Below are positions 17,015 to 26,133 of a stretch of 32,000 nucleotides of DNA, piece after piece. The DNA is taken from contig NZ_BAFT02000104.1 in NCBI RefSeq assembly GCF_000308475.2, forward strand, positions 67,873 to 99,872. The letters run 5' to 3'. Under the pieces are notes generated by a model. That model did no database searches and was not told the DNA's origin. It saw nothing but the letters and a program-made list of their open reading frames with translations. The position numbers and the translations under genes are program-made. Origin of the DNA: Nocardia brasiliensis NBRC 14402. GTDB taxonomy: Bacteria > Actinomycetota > Actinomycetes > Mycobacteriales > Mycobacteriaceae. How positions within the stretch are numbered: the stretch's first letter is position 1; every line of letters starts with the position of its first letter.

Positions 17015-18445
17015 ATGTCGCTGTCCCGTGGCGATTTCGCCAGTCTGTTCGTCGCGCTGATCGTCATCCTGGTCGCCGCTCATCTCGGGGCGCAGATCTG
17101 TGCGAAACTGCGCCAGCCGCCGGTGATCGGCGAGATCCTCGGTGGACTGTTCTTGGGGCCCACGGTGTTCGGGCAGGTGGCGCCGGGCGTGGCGAGCCAA
17201 TTGTTCCCCGCCGGCGGTGTCGTCCACGCCGGAATCCAGATGCTCAACGAGTTCGGACTGCTGCTGCTGATGTTCCTGGCCGGGCGGGAGGTCATGACCT
17301 ATCGCAATCCCGGCAAGCAGCGCACCGTGGCGGCGTTGGCCGCGGCCGGGCTGGTGATTCCGATGGTGCTCGGGGTCGGGGTGGCCCTCGCGCTCGACCA
17401 CGCCGACTACTCCGGCCCGCACGGGACCGATGCCACCTTCGCCCTCATCTTCGGAATCGCCTTCGCGGTCACCAGCATTCCGGTGATTTCGCGGATAATG
17501 CTCGACCTCGGGTTGCTCAACACCAGCTTCGCCCGGACCGTCCTCGCGGTCGCGCTGCTCGAGGACGTCGTGCTGTATGTGGCGCTCGCCGTGACGTTCA
17601 GCCTGGTCCAGAGCGACCAGAAGACATTCGGGCTCGGTTCACTGCTGCAACTGCACGGTACGGGCGCGATGGCGTACCAGGTGATCGTCAGCCTGGTTTT
17701 CATCACGGCGCTGCTGCTGGCCGGCAAGTGGTTGTTCAACCGGCTGGCCACGAGCAAGGTGAATCTGATGGAGAAGGCGAGTCCGATCGCGTTCCGGCTG
17801 GTATTCGCACTCGCGCTGGTCCTTTCGTGTGTGTTCCTCGGGATCAACGCCATCTTCGGCGCGCTCTTGGCCGGGATCGCCTCCTCCGATATCAGTGCGC
17901 CGCAAGGCAATCGGCATAGCAAGCCCGTGGCGGGCGCGGCCGCATGGGATACGATCAAGGACTTCTCGCTGGCGTTCTTCATCCCGATCTACTTCGCCGG
18001 GGTGGGCATGCAACTCGATCTGGCCCGCAACTTCGACCTCGTGTTCTTCGCCGCCTTCTTGCTGACCGCGACCGCGGTCAAGGGGCTCAGCATCTGGGCC
18101 GCCGCGCGCGCGGTGGGCGAATCGACCCGGTACGCGAAGAATTTCGCCGTCGCGCTGAACGCGCGTGGTGGCCCGGGAATCGTGCTGGCCACCGTCACGT
18201 TGTCCGCGGGCCTGATCAACGAGGAATTCTTCACCAGCATCGTGCTGCTCTCCATCGTGACGTCCTCGTTGGCCGGCATGTGGTTGGACTATGCGTTCCC
18301 GAGAACGCTACGTCCGTCGCTGCTCGCCACAGCCTCGAATCATGATGCGAGGACGCCGGACAACGGCGCCGCGGGAACTCGCGGCGGTGGCGCTGCGGCC
18401 GATCATGTGGTGGGGGCCGACGAAGCGCCCGGGCCCAAGTCGTAG
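17015..18445 (+). CDS. cation/H+ antiporter (CPA-type, FlH-like)
   Basis: AAGGAGGG precedes ATG 17015. The 476-aa polytopic membrane protein has a Na_H_Exchanger-like pattern (IGEILGGLFLGPTVFG, LLLLMFLAGRE). It is 70 nt downstream of flA on the same strand. Confidence 0.85.
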   Translation: MSLSRGDFASLFVALIVILVAAHLGAQICAKLRQPPVIGEILGGLFLGPTVFGQVAPGVASQLFPAGGVVHAGIQMLNEFGLLLLMFLAGREVMTYRNPGKQRTVAALAAAGLVIPMVLGVGVALALDHADYSGPHGTDATFALIFGIAFAVTSIPVISRIMLDLGLLNTSFARTVLAVALLEDVVLYVALAVTFSLVQSDQKTFGLGSLLQLHGTGAMAYQVIVSLVFITALLLAGKWLFNRLATSKVNLMEKASPIAFRLVFALALVLSCVFLGINAIFGALLAGIASSDISAPQGNRHSKPVAGAAAWDTIKDFSLAFFIPIYFAGVGMQLDLARNFDLVFFAAFLLTATAVKGLSIWAAARAVGESTRYAKNFAVALNARGGPGIVLATVTLSAGLINEEFFTSIVLLSIVTSSLAGMWLDYAFPRTLRPSLLATASNHDARTPDNGAAGTRGGGAAADHVVGADEAPGPKS

Positions 18446-19410
18446 TCGAACGGTGCGCAATGGGTGACTTCGACGGCGAAACCGTCGGGCTGCGACCGAT
18501 CGATCTGTCGCTCGCCCTTGTTCTGCGCGACGACGTGCGCGAAGGTCGGGGCGAGGACGGGATCGTCGGCCGCGGGCGCGGGCCGGAAGAAGCGAACCAG
18601 TTCGGCGAGCGCCGTGCGGGCACTCGCGGTGTTGAGCTCGTGCGTGGCATCGGACAGCACGACGATGGCGGCCGACGCGTGGTCGCGGAAGGCATACTCC
18701 ACCGCGTGCAGATCGACCCAGGAGTCGCGGCTGCCCTGGACCGCCAGAATCGGCACGGATTCGATCGACCGGACATCGGCGTGGGTGGATTCGGTGGTGT
18801 GCCAGCCCAATTCGACCAGCCGCTGCACGAACCGCCATTTCACCTCGTGGTCGAGCACGAGCGCGGTGCGGTCGGGGTCGGTCTGCTCGCCGCGCAGCCA
18901 CTGCCCGATGAAGTCCTGGTCGTTGGCCGCCGCGATGGTGGCCTGCATGTCGACCACGGCGGAGATGGCGCCGATCGCGACCGGACGCCGACCCGACCGG
19001 GCGGCCGCCGCGAACGCTATGCGCGAGGCGATACTCGCGGTGAACAGGGCGGCGGGTCCGCTGCGCGGGCCACAGCTCGCGACCCAGTCGTGCACCAGCG
19101 CGAGATCCGCGGCGAGCGCATCGGGGGTCAATTCCAGTATGGTTCCGTCGCTTTCGCCTACATGATTGGTGGGGTCGTAGCGAATGACGTCGAACCCGTT
19201 GAGGAGAAAGTAGAGGGCGACGGCACGGCCGCGGCGCATCACCGTGCCGAACGGCGGTGCCACGATGACCCGGCCGACCGGGTCGTGGTTACCGGGCTGG
19301 AATTGGCGTAGGCCACGCAACATGCCGCGGGGCGTGGGCAGTTCGAACCGCTCCGACCGCACGGTCACCGGAGTGGTCGAACGGCGATGTCCTACTGGTG
19401 CTGTCGTCAT
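18403..19410 (-). CDS. luxD: LuxD-family acyl transferase/thioesterase (alpha/beta hydrolase)
   Basis: Aligns by eye to Vibrio LuxD. Compare VIVAPPFGTVMRRGRAVALYFLLNGFDVIRYDPTNHVGESDGTILELT with ILIASGFARRMDHFAGLAEYLSENGFHVFRYDSLHHVGLSSGSIDEFT. The nucleophile region FTASIASRIAF matches IAASLSARVAY. The start overlaps the luxE-like stop (ATGA at 19407-19410). Confidence 0.75.
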   Translation of the reverse strand: MTTAPVGHRRSTTPVTVRSERFELPTPRGMLRGLRQFQPGNHDPVGRVIVAPPFGTVMRRGRAVALYFLLNGFDVIRYDPTNHVGESDGTILELTPDALAADLALVHDWVASCGPRSGPAALFTASIASRIAFAAAARSGRRPVAIGAISAVVDMQATIAAANDQDFIGQWLRGEQTDPDRTALVLDHEVKWRFVQRLVELGWHTTESTHADVRSIESVPILAVQGSRDSWVDLHAVEYAFRDHASAAIVVLSDATHELNTASARTALAELVRFFRPAPAADDPVLAPTFAHVVAQNKGERQIDRSQPDGFAVEVTHCAPFDYDLGPGASSAPTT

Positions 19411-20540
19411 CGGATGACCTCGGCGTCGAGTCGTAGGGCGCAGCCGCGAGTTTCGGCCGTCGTGATGCGGCGCACGACGGTGAGCACCGCGGAGTCGTTG
19501 CCGCACGGGCAGCTGCCCTCGCGCGACACCGAGCCCAGATCGTCGGTCGCCACGAAGCCCGGATAGCTGGTGGGGGAGGCGTCGCAGAACGCGAGCACGC
19601 CGACCTCGCCGGGCGGCAGCGCCCGCATCGTCGCCGGGTCACGCGCACTCGTGTGCAACCATGCGGGCACATGTTTGGCGCGGAACCGGCATTCGAACAA
19701 CACCGTGTTCAGCTCGACCGCGTTGTAGCAGTCGCGGATCGGCGCGTCACCGGCCAAACCGAAAGCAGCCGTGACGAATTCCTCGAAGTCCCGCCGGGAC
19801 ATGGCCGTCGCGTCCGCGCGCTTCCAGCCGCCGGCGGTGATGACGAGGCCATTGCGCGCACCGAGGCCGGGATCGATGCCGCGTTCGCGCAGCGCTGCCG
19901 CGAGATCCCGGACCAGGGCGGGTGGTCCGATGATCACCGGCCGGTCGATTGACTGGTCGAGCAACGCCGCGATCACCTCATCGATCCGGAAAATGTTTGC
20001 GCTGACGAAGAATCGGGTGGGATGCAGCAGATCGACGATGCTGAGCACGTAGGAAAACCAGAGATCGCCGGCCTCGGTGGTGTCCGGCCCGAGCACGAAC
20101 AGCTGCCGTTCGATATCGGGATTCGGTAGGGCGAGCCGGCTGCCCTGATCGATGCTGCCGACAAAACGCTCCAGAGTGGTCCCGTCGCGATATATCCGGC
20201 TTTTCGTACCCCGGGTACCGCTGCTGGTGCAGACCTGCACCACTTTTTCGGGCGCACAACTCGAAACAGTTCGGCGCTTGAACACCGAGGCCGGTATCAG
20301 CGGCAACGACTCGATGAAACCGGGCCGGTCCAGCCGGGACAGCGACCATTCGTTGGCTTCGGCATAACGCCGGTAGGCTGCGCAGCGCTGCCAATGGTGC
20401 TGCACGGCAGCGCGCATCAATTCGTCGCGGAGTTCACGGAGCTCGGCCCCGGCCAGCGTGAATGCATCGTCGCGCTGGTGGATCAGATCATCGATCGCCC
20501 GAATGGCGTCGATGACCGTGACCTTGGCGTGCGTGGTCAT
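19407..20540 (-). CDS. luxE: LuxE-family acyl-protein synthetase (adenylate-forming)
   Basis: 377 aa, the size of LuxE. Motifs: IP.SVFK, CTSSGTRGTKSRIY (LuxE has TSSGTSG..S), ITAGGWK (LuxE has GGGWK), and the C-terminal CPCG...RGCA, as in LuxE. Confidence 0.8.
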   Translation of the reverse strand: MTTHAKVTVIDAIRAIDDLIHQRDDAFTLAGAELRELRDELMRAAVQHHWQRCAAYRRYAEANEWSLSRLDRPGFIESLPLIPASVFKRRTVSSCAPEKVVQVCTSSGTRGTKSRIYRDGTTLERFVGSIDQGSRLALPNPDIERQLFVLGPDTTEAGDLWFSYVLSIVDLLHPTRFFVSANIFRIDEVIAALLDQSIDRPVIIGPPALVRDLAAALRERGIDPGLGARNGLVITAGGWKRADATAMSRRDFEEFVTAAFGLAGDAPIRDCYNAVELNTVLFECRFRAKHVPAWLHTSARDPATMRALPPGEVGVLAFCDASPTSYPGFVATDDLGSVSREGSCPCGNDSAVLTVVRRITTAETRGCALRLDAEVIR

Positions 20541-20564
20541 GCTCTTCCCTCGATCGGCGCCCGG

Positions 20565-20786
20565 TCAGTCGATGATGTTGATGCAGCGTGACGGGCATTC
20601 GGCCGCCGCGCGGTGCACCTGCTCCTCGTGTTCGCCGGGCACGAGCAGCGCCTTGGGCGCGCAGTCGGCGCCGACGTCGGCCTTCACGTACGCCACATAT
20701 TCGTCGTCCGTCGCGAACATCGCCGCAGCGTGTTCACAGCACAGCTCCGCACCTTGGCAGAGCGTGCGTTCGATCCACACCCGCAT
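20565..20786 (-). CDS. small single-cluster ferredoxin (3Fe-4S/4Fe-4S type)
   Basis: From ATG 20786: MRVWIERTLCQGAELCCEHAAAMF...ECPSRCINI, which fits C-x2-A-x2-C...C-P as in actinomycete Fdx partners. GAGGAG lies upstream. It sits 25 nt upstream of the luxE-like gene. Confidence 0.75.
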   Translation of the reverse strand: MRVWIERTLCQGAELCCEHAAAMFATDDEYVAYVKADVGADCAPKALLVPGEHEEQVHRAAAECPSRCINIID

Positions 20787-20853
20787 TGTTTCCAGGGCTC
20801 CTCGTGCCAGAATTTCTCGGCCAGTTCGTGCTCCCTGTCCACCAAACGGTAAT

Positions 20854-20863
20854 TGCCATGGCA
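20854..20863. promoter_or_regulatory. perfect 10-bp palindrome TGCCATGGCA in the divergent promoter region of the lux-like cluster
   Basis: Read directly. It lies in the 295-bp, less G/C-rich gap between the ferredoxin operon (-) and the 432-aa/luxC operon (+). Nearby direct repeats: CGGTATTCG at 20899 and 20945, ATTCGGT at 20896 and 21008. Confidence 0.25.
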
Positions 20864-21081
20864 CTGTCAATACGTCGTTCAGCACACTTGTCGCGATTCG
20901 GTATTCGAAAATCCTCGCAAGGTAACGTGATTCGTACGACGGCGCGGTATTCGGCGGGCCATCGGTCACATACGCTCTGTCACTTTCGGGTTATCGCGTC
21001 AGCGAAAATTCGGTGATAGTTTCGGCGCAGTGCTCCCCAGCAATTCCAGTACGTACCGCGTACCTCTGATTGGAGCCGATC

Positions 21082-22380
21082 GTGTCGATCGAAACCATTC
21101 CGACGAGCATGTCGACGCTCGATGACGTCGCCGGACTGTTGTCCTGTTGTGCCGCAGAAGATTTCGCGGATTCGGCGCGGGATCTGATCCGGGCGGCGGG
21201 TGCCACGTTGATCTTCAGCAGGCATCACTGGCTGCGCTTCGGCGGGACCTGGCACGGCCGCAAAGAGTTCCGTGACGCGCTGACCGCGGTCGAGGCACGT
21301 CCGTACGAGACCTGGACCGAGGACGACGCGGAACTCGTCCTCGGGCTGGCCGCGCTGCGGCGCGCCGGGATCGGCCTCGAACAACTCGACGGTGAACTCT
21401 CGCTCCGGTCGGTGCGTGCGGTGCTGGCGCAACGGCTGGACGGCTACCTGTTGTCGATCGGCCAGCCGCGGACGCTGGATCACCTGACCCTGCTGGAGCT
21501 CGCCGACCGCATCCGTAGGGTCAGGGAATACGTCGAGCGGGACTACTTCAGGTATTCGGTGATCGATGGCGCGAAGTGGCATCGCACGGAGGGGCTGCTC
21601 GCCCGCGCCCAGGTGAGTTGGACCGAATTGCCCGGCCGGGTGGTCGAGGAGTTGACCGCCATCGCACCGGGCCTGCCCGACACCCGCCTCGCGGCGCGCT
21701 GGCTTCCTGCGGCCACCAGGCAATGCCTCAGCGCCCGTGGGCAATCCAAGGATCTCGTCGAGGCGCTGATGCGGTGCGCAGTGCGTGATCGCGTCCTCTC
21801 GGTCGACCATGTGACGGTCACCTGCGTGCGCGGGGTACTGCTCGACCGCCCCGGCGAGCTGGACGCGTCCGACCAGTTCTTCACGCATACGGTGCTCGAC
21901 GACGGCCTGGCCCTGGCCGGCTTCGCCGAGCAACTGGGGCACGAGTCGGAACAGCGCCTGCGCGCGACCTTGCGGGCCCGGATGATCAAACTGAAGCGCA
22001 AAGCGGTGGTGAACTATTTCGGCGACGGTTGCCTGCGCGGCGAATGGGTCGAGAAGGCCGCCGACAACATGATCTTCTTCAACGAGGACACCCACTACCG
22101 CGGTCATCAAACCGTCGGGTGCTCGACCGGTGGCCGTTCGGCGTTCGAGGTGAGCTACCACCGTGACCGAGCCGAACACACACTGCCGGCGATGATGGGC
22201 GACTTCCGGGTGGTCCGGTTGTCGCATGATCCCTCTCGCCGCTTCGCGGTGGACAACCTACGCCACGTGATTCGATACGCACAGTGGGTGCGACTGGTCG
22301 TGCAGGAGACCTTCCGTGCGGGCGGTGTGCTGGAGCTGCTGCCGAGCGAACGGTCCGGGGGTGCCGGATGCACGAGGTAG
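21082..22380 (+). CDS. hypothetical protein, no recognisable family (first gene of the luxC-like operon)
   Basis: GGAG at 21072-21075 lies 6 nt before GTG 21082; ATG 21109 is an alternative start. Coding-type G/C third positions. The 3' end overlaps the luxC-like start by 13 nt. I recognise no motifs. Confidence 0.65.
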   Translation: MSIETIPTSMSTLDDVAGLLSCCAAEDFADSARDLIRAAGATLIFSRHHWLRFGGTWHGRKEFRDALTAVEARPYETWTEDDAELVLGLAALRRAGIGLEQLDGELSLRSVRAVLAQRLDGYLLSIGQPRTLDHLTLLELADRIRRVREYVERDYFRYSVIDGAKWHRTEGLLARAQVSWTELPGRVVEELTAIAPGLPDTRLAARWLPAATRQCLSARGQSKDLVEALMRCAVRDRVLSVDHVTVTCVRGVLLDRPGELDASDQFFTHTVLDDGLALAGFAEQLGHESEQRLRATLRARMIKLKRKAVVNYFGDGCLRGEWVEKAADNMIFFNEDTHYRGHQTVGCSTGGRSAFEVSYHRDRAEHTLPAMMGDFRVVRLSHDPSRRFAVDNLRHVIRYAQWVRLVVQETFRAGGVLELLPSERSGGAGCTR

Positions 22381-23813
22381 CGCTGCCTATCGTCGTGAAC
22401 GGCGAGACGGTGGCCGACAGCGGGGTCGAACCGCTGGTCGTCACCTACGAATCGGGCTGGCGGATCACGATTCCCCGGCCGACCGCCGAACTGGTCGGGG
22501 ACGTGCTGAAGACGCGACGAGACGCGCTCGCGGAGCTGCACCTGGACGAGATCACGGTGTTCCTCGAGCGGGTCGGCCGATTGTGGGGCGATCCCGGCTA
22601 TCCGGGCCGCCGCGACGCTGTCGCGCTGGCGGCGCGGATCACCGGCTACCACGAGGCGATGATCGAGGACGACTACACGCGGGTAGCGCGCGCCTGTGCA
22701 CGGGCCAAACTCTACGACATCGTCGAGACGGACCTGGACAATCCACTGCTGCTCGATGATTGGCTGCCCAAGCAGTCGATCTTCTTGCGCGCGTTGCCCA
22801 AAGGGCGCGTACTGCATTTGATGGTCGGCAATGTTGCGCTGGCCGGGCTGTTCACAGTGATCCGCGGGTTGCTCACGAAGAACGTGACCGTCGCGAAACT
22901 GCCGCGCCGCGATCTGGTCTCGACGCTGGCCTTCGCCCGCACCTTCGCCGACGTCGATCCCTGGCATCCGCTCACCCGCGCGCTTTCCGTACTCTATTGG
23001 CCCGGCGGGGATCCGATCGAGCAGGTTTTCATCGACGCTGCGGATGTGGTGTGCGCGTGGGGAAAACACTCCTCGATCGCGGCGATCAAGCCGCGGATCC
23101 CGGTCGGGACCGAGCTGGTGGAGTTCGGCCCGAAAGAGAGCATCATCCTGATCGGCGCCGACGACGGCGGCTGGGCCGACGTCGCGGTGCGTGCGGCGTA
23201 CGACCTGAGCGTCTACGAGCAGGAGGCCTGCTTCAGCCCACAGCGGATCTTCGTCGAAGGCGACGGCGACGCCTTCGCCGCCTCGCTCGTGCGCGGGCTC
23301 GAACATGTGGCGCAACGGCTTCCGTGCGGTTTCCGGACTGTCGACGCCCAGGCGCACATCACCCGGGCGCGGCAGGAGGCCCGGTTCGACGGGTACCGGG
23401 TCCGGCAGAGCGCCGGGTCGGAGTGGACGGTGGTGACCGTCCCGCCGGGGGAGACGCCGGTCCTGGAACACCCGCTGGGCCGGACCGCCTACGTCTATTC
23501 CGTCGCGCGGCTGGCGGACGCCGTGGCGGCGGTGCACCGGGACACGCAGACCGTCGCCGTGTATCCGTGGCACCGCGGCAAGGAGTTCGGACGCGAACTC
23601 ACGTTGGCCGGGGCCTCGCGCATCACCGAGGTGGGCATGATGAGCAGGCCCCGCCCCGGGTTCGTGCACGACGAGATGCGTCCGCTGCACTCGCTGGTGC
23701 GCTGGGTTTCGGTGGAGCGCGGTCTGGACTACCGAGGTCGCTTCCGGGCTGCGGATCGAGCCGAATTCGAGCAGCGGATCTACGGTCTGCCGGTTCGCGA
23801 TGCGGGCGAATGA
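22368..23813 (+). CDS. luxC: LuxC-family acyl-CoA/acyl-protein reductase
   Basis: 481 aa, the size of LuxC. LuxC-like blocks: VLHLMVGNVALAGLFTVIRGLLTKNVTVAKL, HPLTRALSVLYWPGGD, VVCAWGKHSSIAAI and EQEACFSPQRIFVEG (Cys in the position of the acylated active-site Cys context). Confidence 0.8.
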   Translation: MHEVALPIVVNGETVADSGVEPLVVTYESGWRITIPRPTAELVGDVLKTRRDALAELHLDEITVFLERVGRLWGDPGYPGRRDAVALAARITGYHEAMIEDDYTRVARACARAKLYDIVETDLDNPLLLDDWLPKQSIFLRALPKGRVLHLMVGNVALAGLFTVIRGLLTKNVTVAKLPRRDLVSTLAFARTFADVDPWHPLTRALSVLYWPGGDPIEQVFIDAADVVCAWGKHSSIAAIKPRIPVGTELVEFGPKESIILIGADDGGWADVAVRAAYDLSVYEQEACFSPQRIFVEGDGDAFAASLVRGLEHVAQRLPCGFRTVDAQAHITRARQEARFDGYRVRQSAGSEWTVVTVPPGETPVLEHPLGRTAYVYSVARLADAVAAVHRDTQTVAVYPWHRGKEFGRELTLAGASRITEVGMMSRPRPGFVHDEMRPLHSLVRWVSVERGLDYRGRFRAADRAEFEQRIYGLPVRDAGE

Positions 23814-24931
23814 CGATGGGGGACAGGCCGATCAAGACGGCGGTACTCGGCGCGGGCGATGCGGGCCGGGCGTTGGCGGCAGTGGTGGCGCGGGCCGGAT
23901 GCGAGGTCCGGCTCTGGAATCGGACCGCCGCGCATCTCGCGGATATCGAGGACGCGACACTGACCCTGCGCGACCCGGACACGCATACGGTCCACCTCGC
24001 GGCGGTGTCGACGGATCTCGACGCGGTGTGCTCGGGCGCGGATCTCGTGCTGGTTGCGGTGTCCGCCGCCGCACAGCGTGACCTGGTCACGGCATCCTGG
24101 CCGGCACTGCGGCGGGCCGAGGCGGTCGTGCTCGTGCCCGGGCACACCGGCGGCGTCCTGGAGGTCACCACTGCGTTGCGCGACCGGGTGGACTGGTGTG
24201 AGACCGCGCCCGGCCCGGCCGTCGCCGAGATGATCCTGCCTTTCGTCTGCCGCGGCGAGGGACCGTCGATCGTCCGAATCTTCCAGTACAAGAGGGATGT
24301 TCCGCTCGGGGCGCGACAGCGGCGGCACGCGGACCGCGCCCGCGACCTGCTGGTGCGAAGTGTTCCCGCCGTTCGCAGCGCGGCCTCGATCTGGGAGACG
24401 AGTCTGGCCAATGTCACGGCCGTGATCCAACCCGTTGTGGCCCTGGCCAATCTGGCGCGGCTCGACCGCGGTGACCGGCATCGTTTCTACGCCGAGGGGG
24501 TATCGTCCGCGGTTGCGCGAATCATCGAGGCCGCCGACCGGGAGCGGGTGCTGCTCGGGCGCGAAGTGGGGGTGCGATTGCCGACCGCGTTGGGCTGGTT
24601 CGGGCAGACCTACGATGGCACCGCAACCAGTTTGGCCGACGCGCTGAGTGCGGCCCCTGGATATCGGTCCATCCTCGCCCCGTGCGGCACCGACCATCGC
24701 TTCCTCGACGAGCACGTGCGGACCGGTACGGTGCCGTTGGCCGCGCTCGCCATGCTGGTCGGCACGCCGCACCGGCAATTGGACGCCATCGTCACGATGG
24801 CCTCGGCCGCGACCGGCCGCGAGCTGTACCGGAACGGTCGAACGCTCGCTCGGCTGGGCATCGGATCACGGGCGGACATCATGACTCTCATGGGTCCGCC
24901 GGCCTACGCGACCGAAGGTACGGCGAGATGA
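23810..24931 (+). CDS. NAD(P)-dependent opine (octopine/nopaline) dehydrogenase-family protein
   Basis: The ATGA overlap with the luxC stop sets the start. N-terminal Rossmann motif: KTAVLGAGDAGRALA. The C-terminal helical domain fits the Octopine_DH family (FYAEGVS..VARIIEAADRERV.LGREVGV...YRSILAP...HRFLDEHV.TGTVPLA...GRTLARLGI). Confidence 0.7.
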   Translation: MTMGDRPIKTAVLGAGDAGRALAAVVARAGCEVRLWNRTAAHLADIEDATLTLRDPDTHTVHLAAVSTDLDAVCSGADLVLVAVSAAAQRDLVTASWPALRRAEAVVLVPGHTGGVLEVTTALRDRVDWCETAPGPAVAEMILPFVCRGEGPSIVRIFQYKRDVPLGARQRRHADRARDLLVRSVPAVRSAASIWETSLANVTAVIQPVVALANLARLDRGDRHRFYAEGVSSAVARIIEAADRERVLLGREVGVRLPTALGWFGQTYDGTATSLADALSAAPGYRSILAPCGTDHRFLDEHVRTGTVPLAALAMLVGTPHRQLDAIVTMASAATGRELYRNGRTLARLGIGSRADIMTLMGPPAYATEGTAR

Positions 24932-26118
24932 TCGAGACATCGACCACGCCGGAATTGCGCAAGCAGGTCGTATTGGAGTGTCGTGCCTGCGGTTACCACG
25001 TCACGGCCGCCTTCGTGCCGCGGTGCCCCTGCTGCGGGGGCGCCACCGACGTGTTCTACGACCTGACCCGCGCGCAAATCCGCGACGACGGCAATCCGCT
25101 GGTGCGCTGGTTCGACCTGTTGCCGCTGACCGACTTTCAGCACACCGTGTGGCTCGGTGAGGGCAATACCCCGCTGCTGTGGGCACGTGAACTCGGGCGC
25201 TGGGCGGGCCTGGACTTCCTGTACCTGAAAGCGGAGAACGCCAATCCGAGCGGGACCGCCAAGGACCGGATGGCGGGTGTGGCCATGCCGTTCCTGGTCC
25301 AGCAGGGCGTGACCGAGTTCGTCATCTCGTCCACCGGCAACAGTTCGACCTCGATGGGCCGGTGCGCCGCGCGCATGCCGGAGGTGACGCTGCACATCTT
25401 CGGCGCCCGGGACTTCCTGGACCGGATCGATGTGCCCGACGCGCCCAATGTGCGGGTGTACTGCGTAGACGCCGACTACGTCGGTGCGGGCGCGGCGGCC
25501 GCGCGGTTCGCCGCCGAGCGCGGTCTGCCGTTCGAGAGCGGCTTCTTCAATCCGGCGCGGCGCGAAGGTCTGAAACTCGCTTATCTGGAGGCCTTCGACC
25601 AACTGGCGCCGCGCGCACCCGACGTCGTCGTGCAGGCGGTGAGCAGCGGGATGGGCATCTACGGTGCGTTCAAAGGCGCCACCGAATACGTGGCGCTCGG
25701 CAGGCTGGCGCGGGTGCCGCGCATCGTCTGCGCACAGCAATCACGATGTGCGCCGATGTACGAGGCCTTCCGGGACAACTCGGCGACGATCCGCCCCGAG
25801 CACATCAAACGGCGTCCGAGCGGTATCGCCAAGGCCATCCTGCGGGGGAACCCGGCGGATTCCTACCCGTTCGTCCACCGGATCGTGCAAGCGACGGGTG
25901 GCGCCTTCGAGGCCGTGTCGGACCAGGAGATTCTCGCGGCCAGACGACTCGCCTGGGATCTGGAAGAGGTGGACGCGTGTCTCACCTCGTCGGTGGCCCT
26001 GGCCTGCGCGATGAAGCTGGCGCGGGCCGGCTGGCTGAGTCGAGACACCGTGACGCTCGTGAATGTCACCGGGAGGGAACGGCCGCCGGCCGCACCGGCC
26101 TATGTGAACTACGTCTAG
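24928..26118 (+). CDS. threonine-synthase-like fold-type-II PLP enzyme with N-terminal zinc ribbon
   Basis: The ATGA overlap with the upstream stop sets the start. Zinc ribbon: CRACG-x12-CPCCG. PLP-lysine context ENANPSGTAKDRM (canonical N-P-T-G-S-F-K-D-R). STGNSS and SSGMG glycine-rich phosphate-binding segments. Confidence 0.75.
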   Translation: MIETSTTPELRKQVVLECRACGYHVTAAFVPRCPCCGGATDVFYDLTRAQIRDDGNPLVRWFDLLPLTDFQHTVWLGEGNTPLLWARELGRWAGLDFLYLKAENANPSGTAKDRMAGVAMPFLVQQGVTEFVISSTGNSSTSMGRCAARMPEVTLHIFGARDFLDRIDVPDAPNVRVYCVDADYVGAGAAAARFAAERGLPFESGFFNPARREGLKLAYLEAFDQLAPRAPDVVVQAVSSGMGIYGAFKGATEYVALGRLARVPRIVCAQQSRCAPMYEAFRDNSATIRPEHIKRRPSGIAKAILRGNPADSYPFVHRIVQATGGAFEAVSDQEILAARRLAWDLEEVDACLTSSVALACAMKLARAGWLSRDTVTLVNVTGRERPPAAPAYVNYV

Positions 26119-26133
26119 GGAGGAAAGCCGCAG

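Noticed and set aside
20980-23690. 415-aa and 511-aa minus-strand ORFs (20980-22227 and 22155-23690)
   Set aside because: They are antisense to the 432-aa and LuxC-like genes. Their translations are Arg/Pro/Gly-rich with no motifs.
22760-23809. Upstream extension of the opine dehydrogenase frame (track ORF 22760-24931, 723 aa)
   Set aside because: The extension is an off-frame read-through of the LuxC-like gene with Arg/Gly-rich nonsense. The real start is the ATGA overlap at 23810, immediately before the Rossmann motif.
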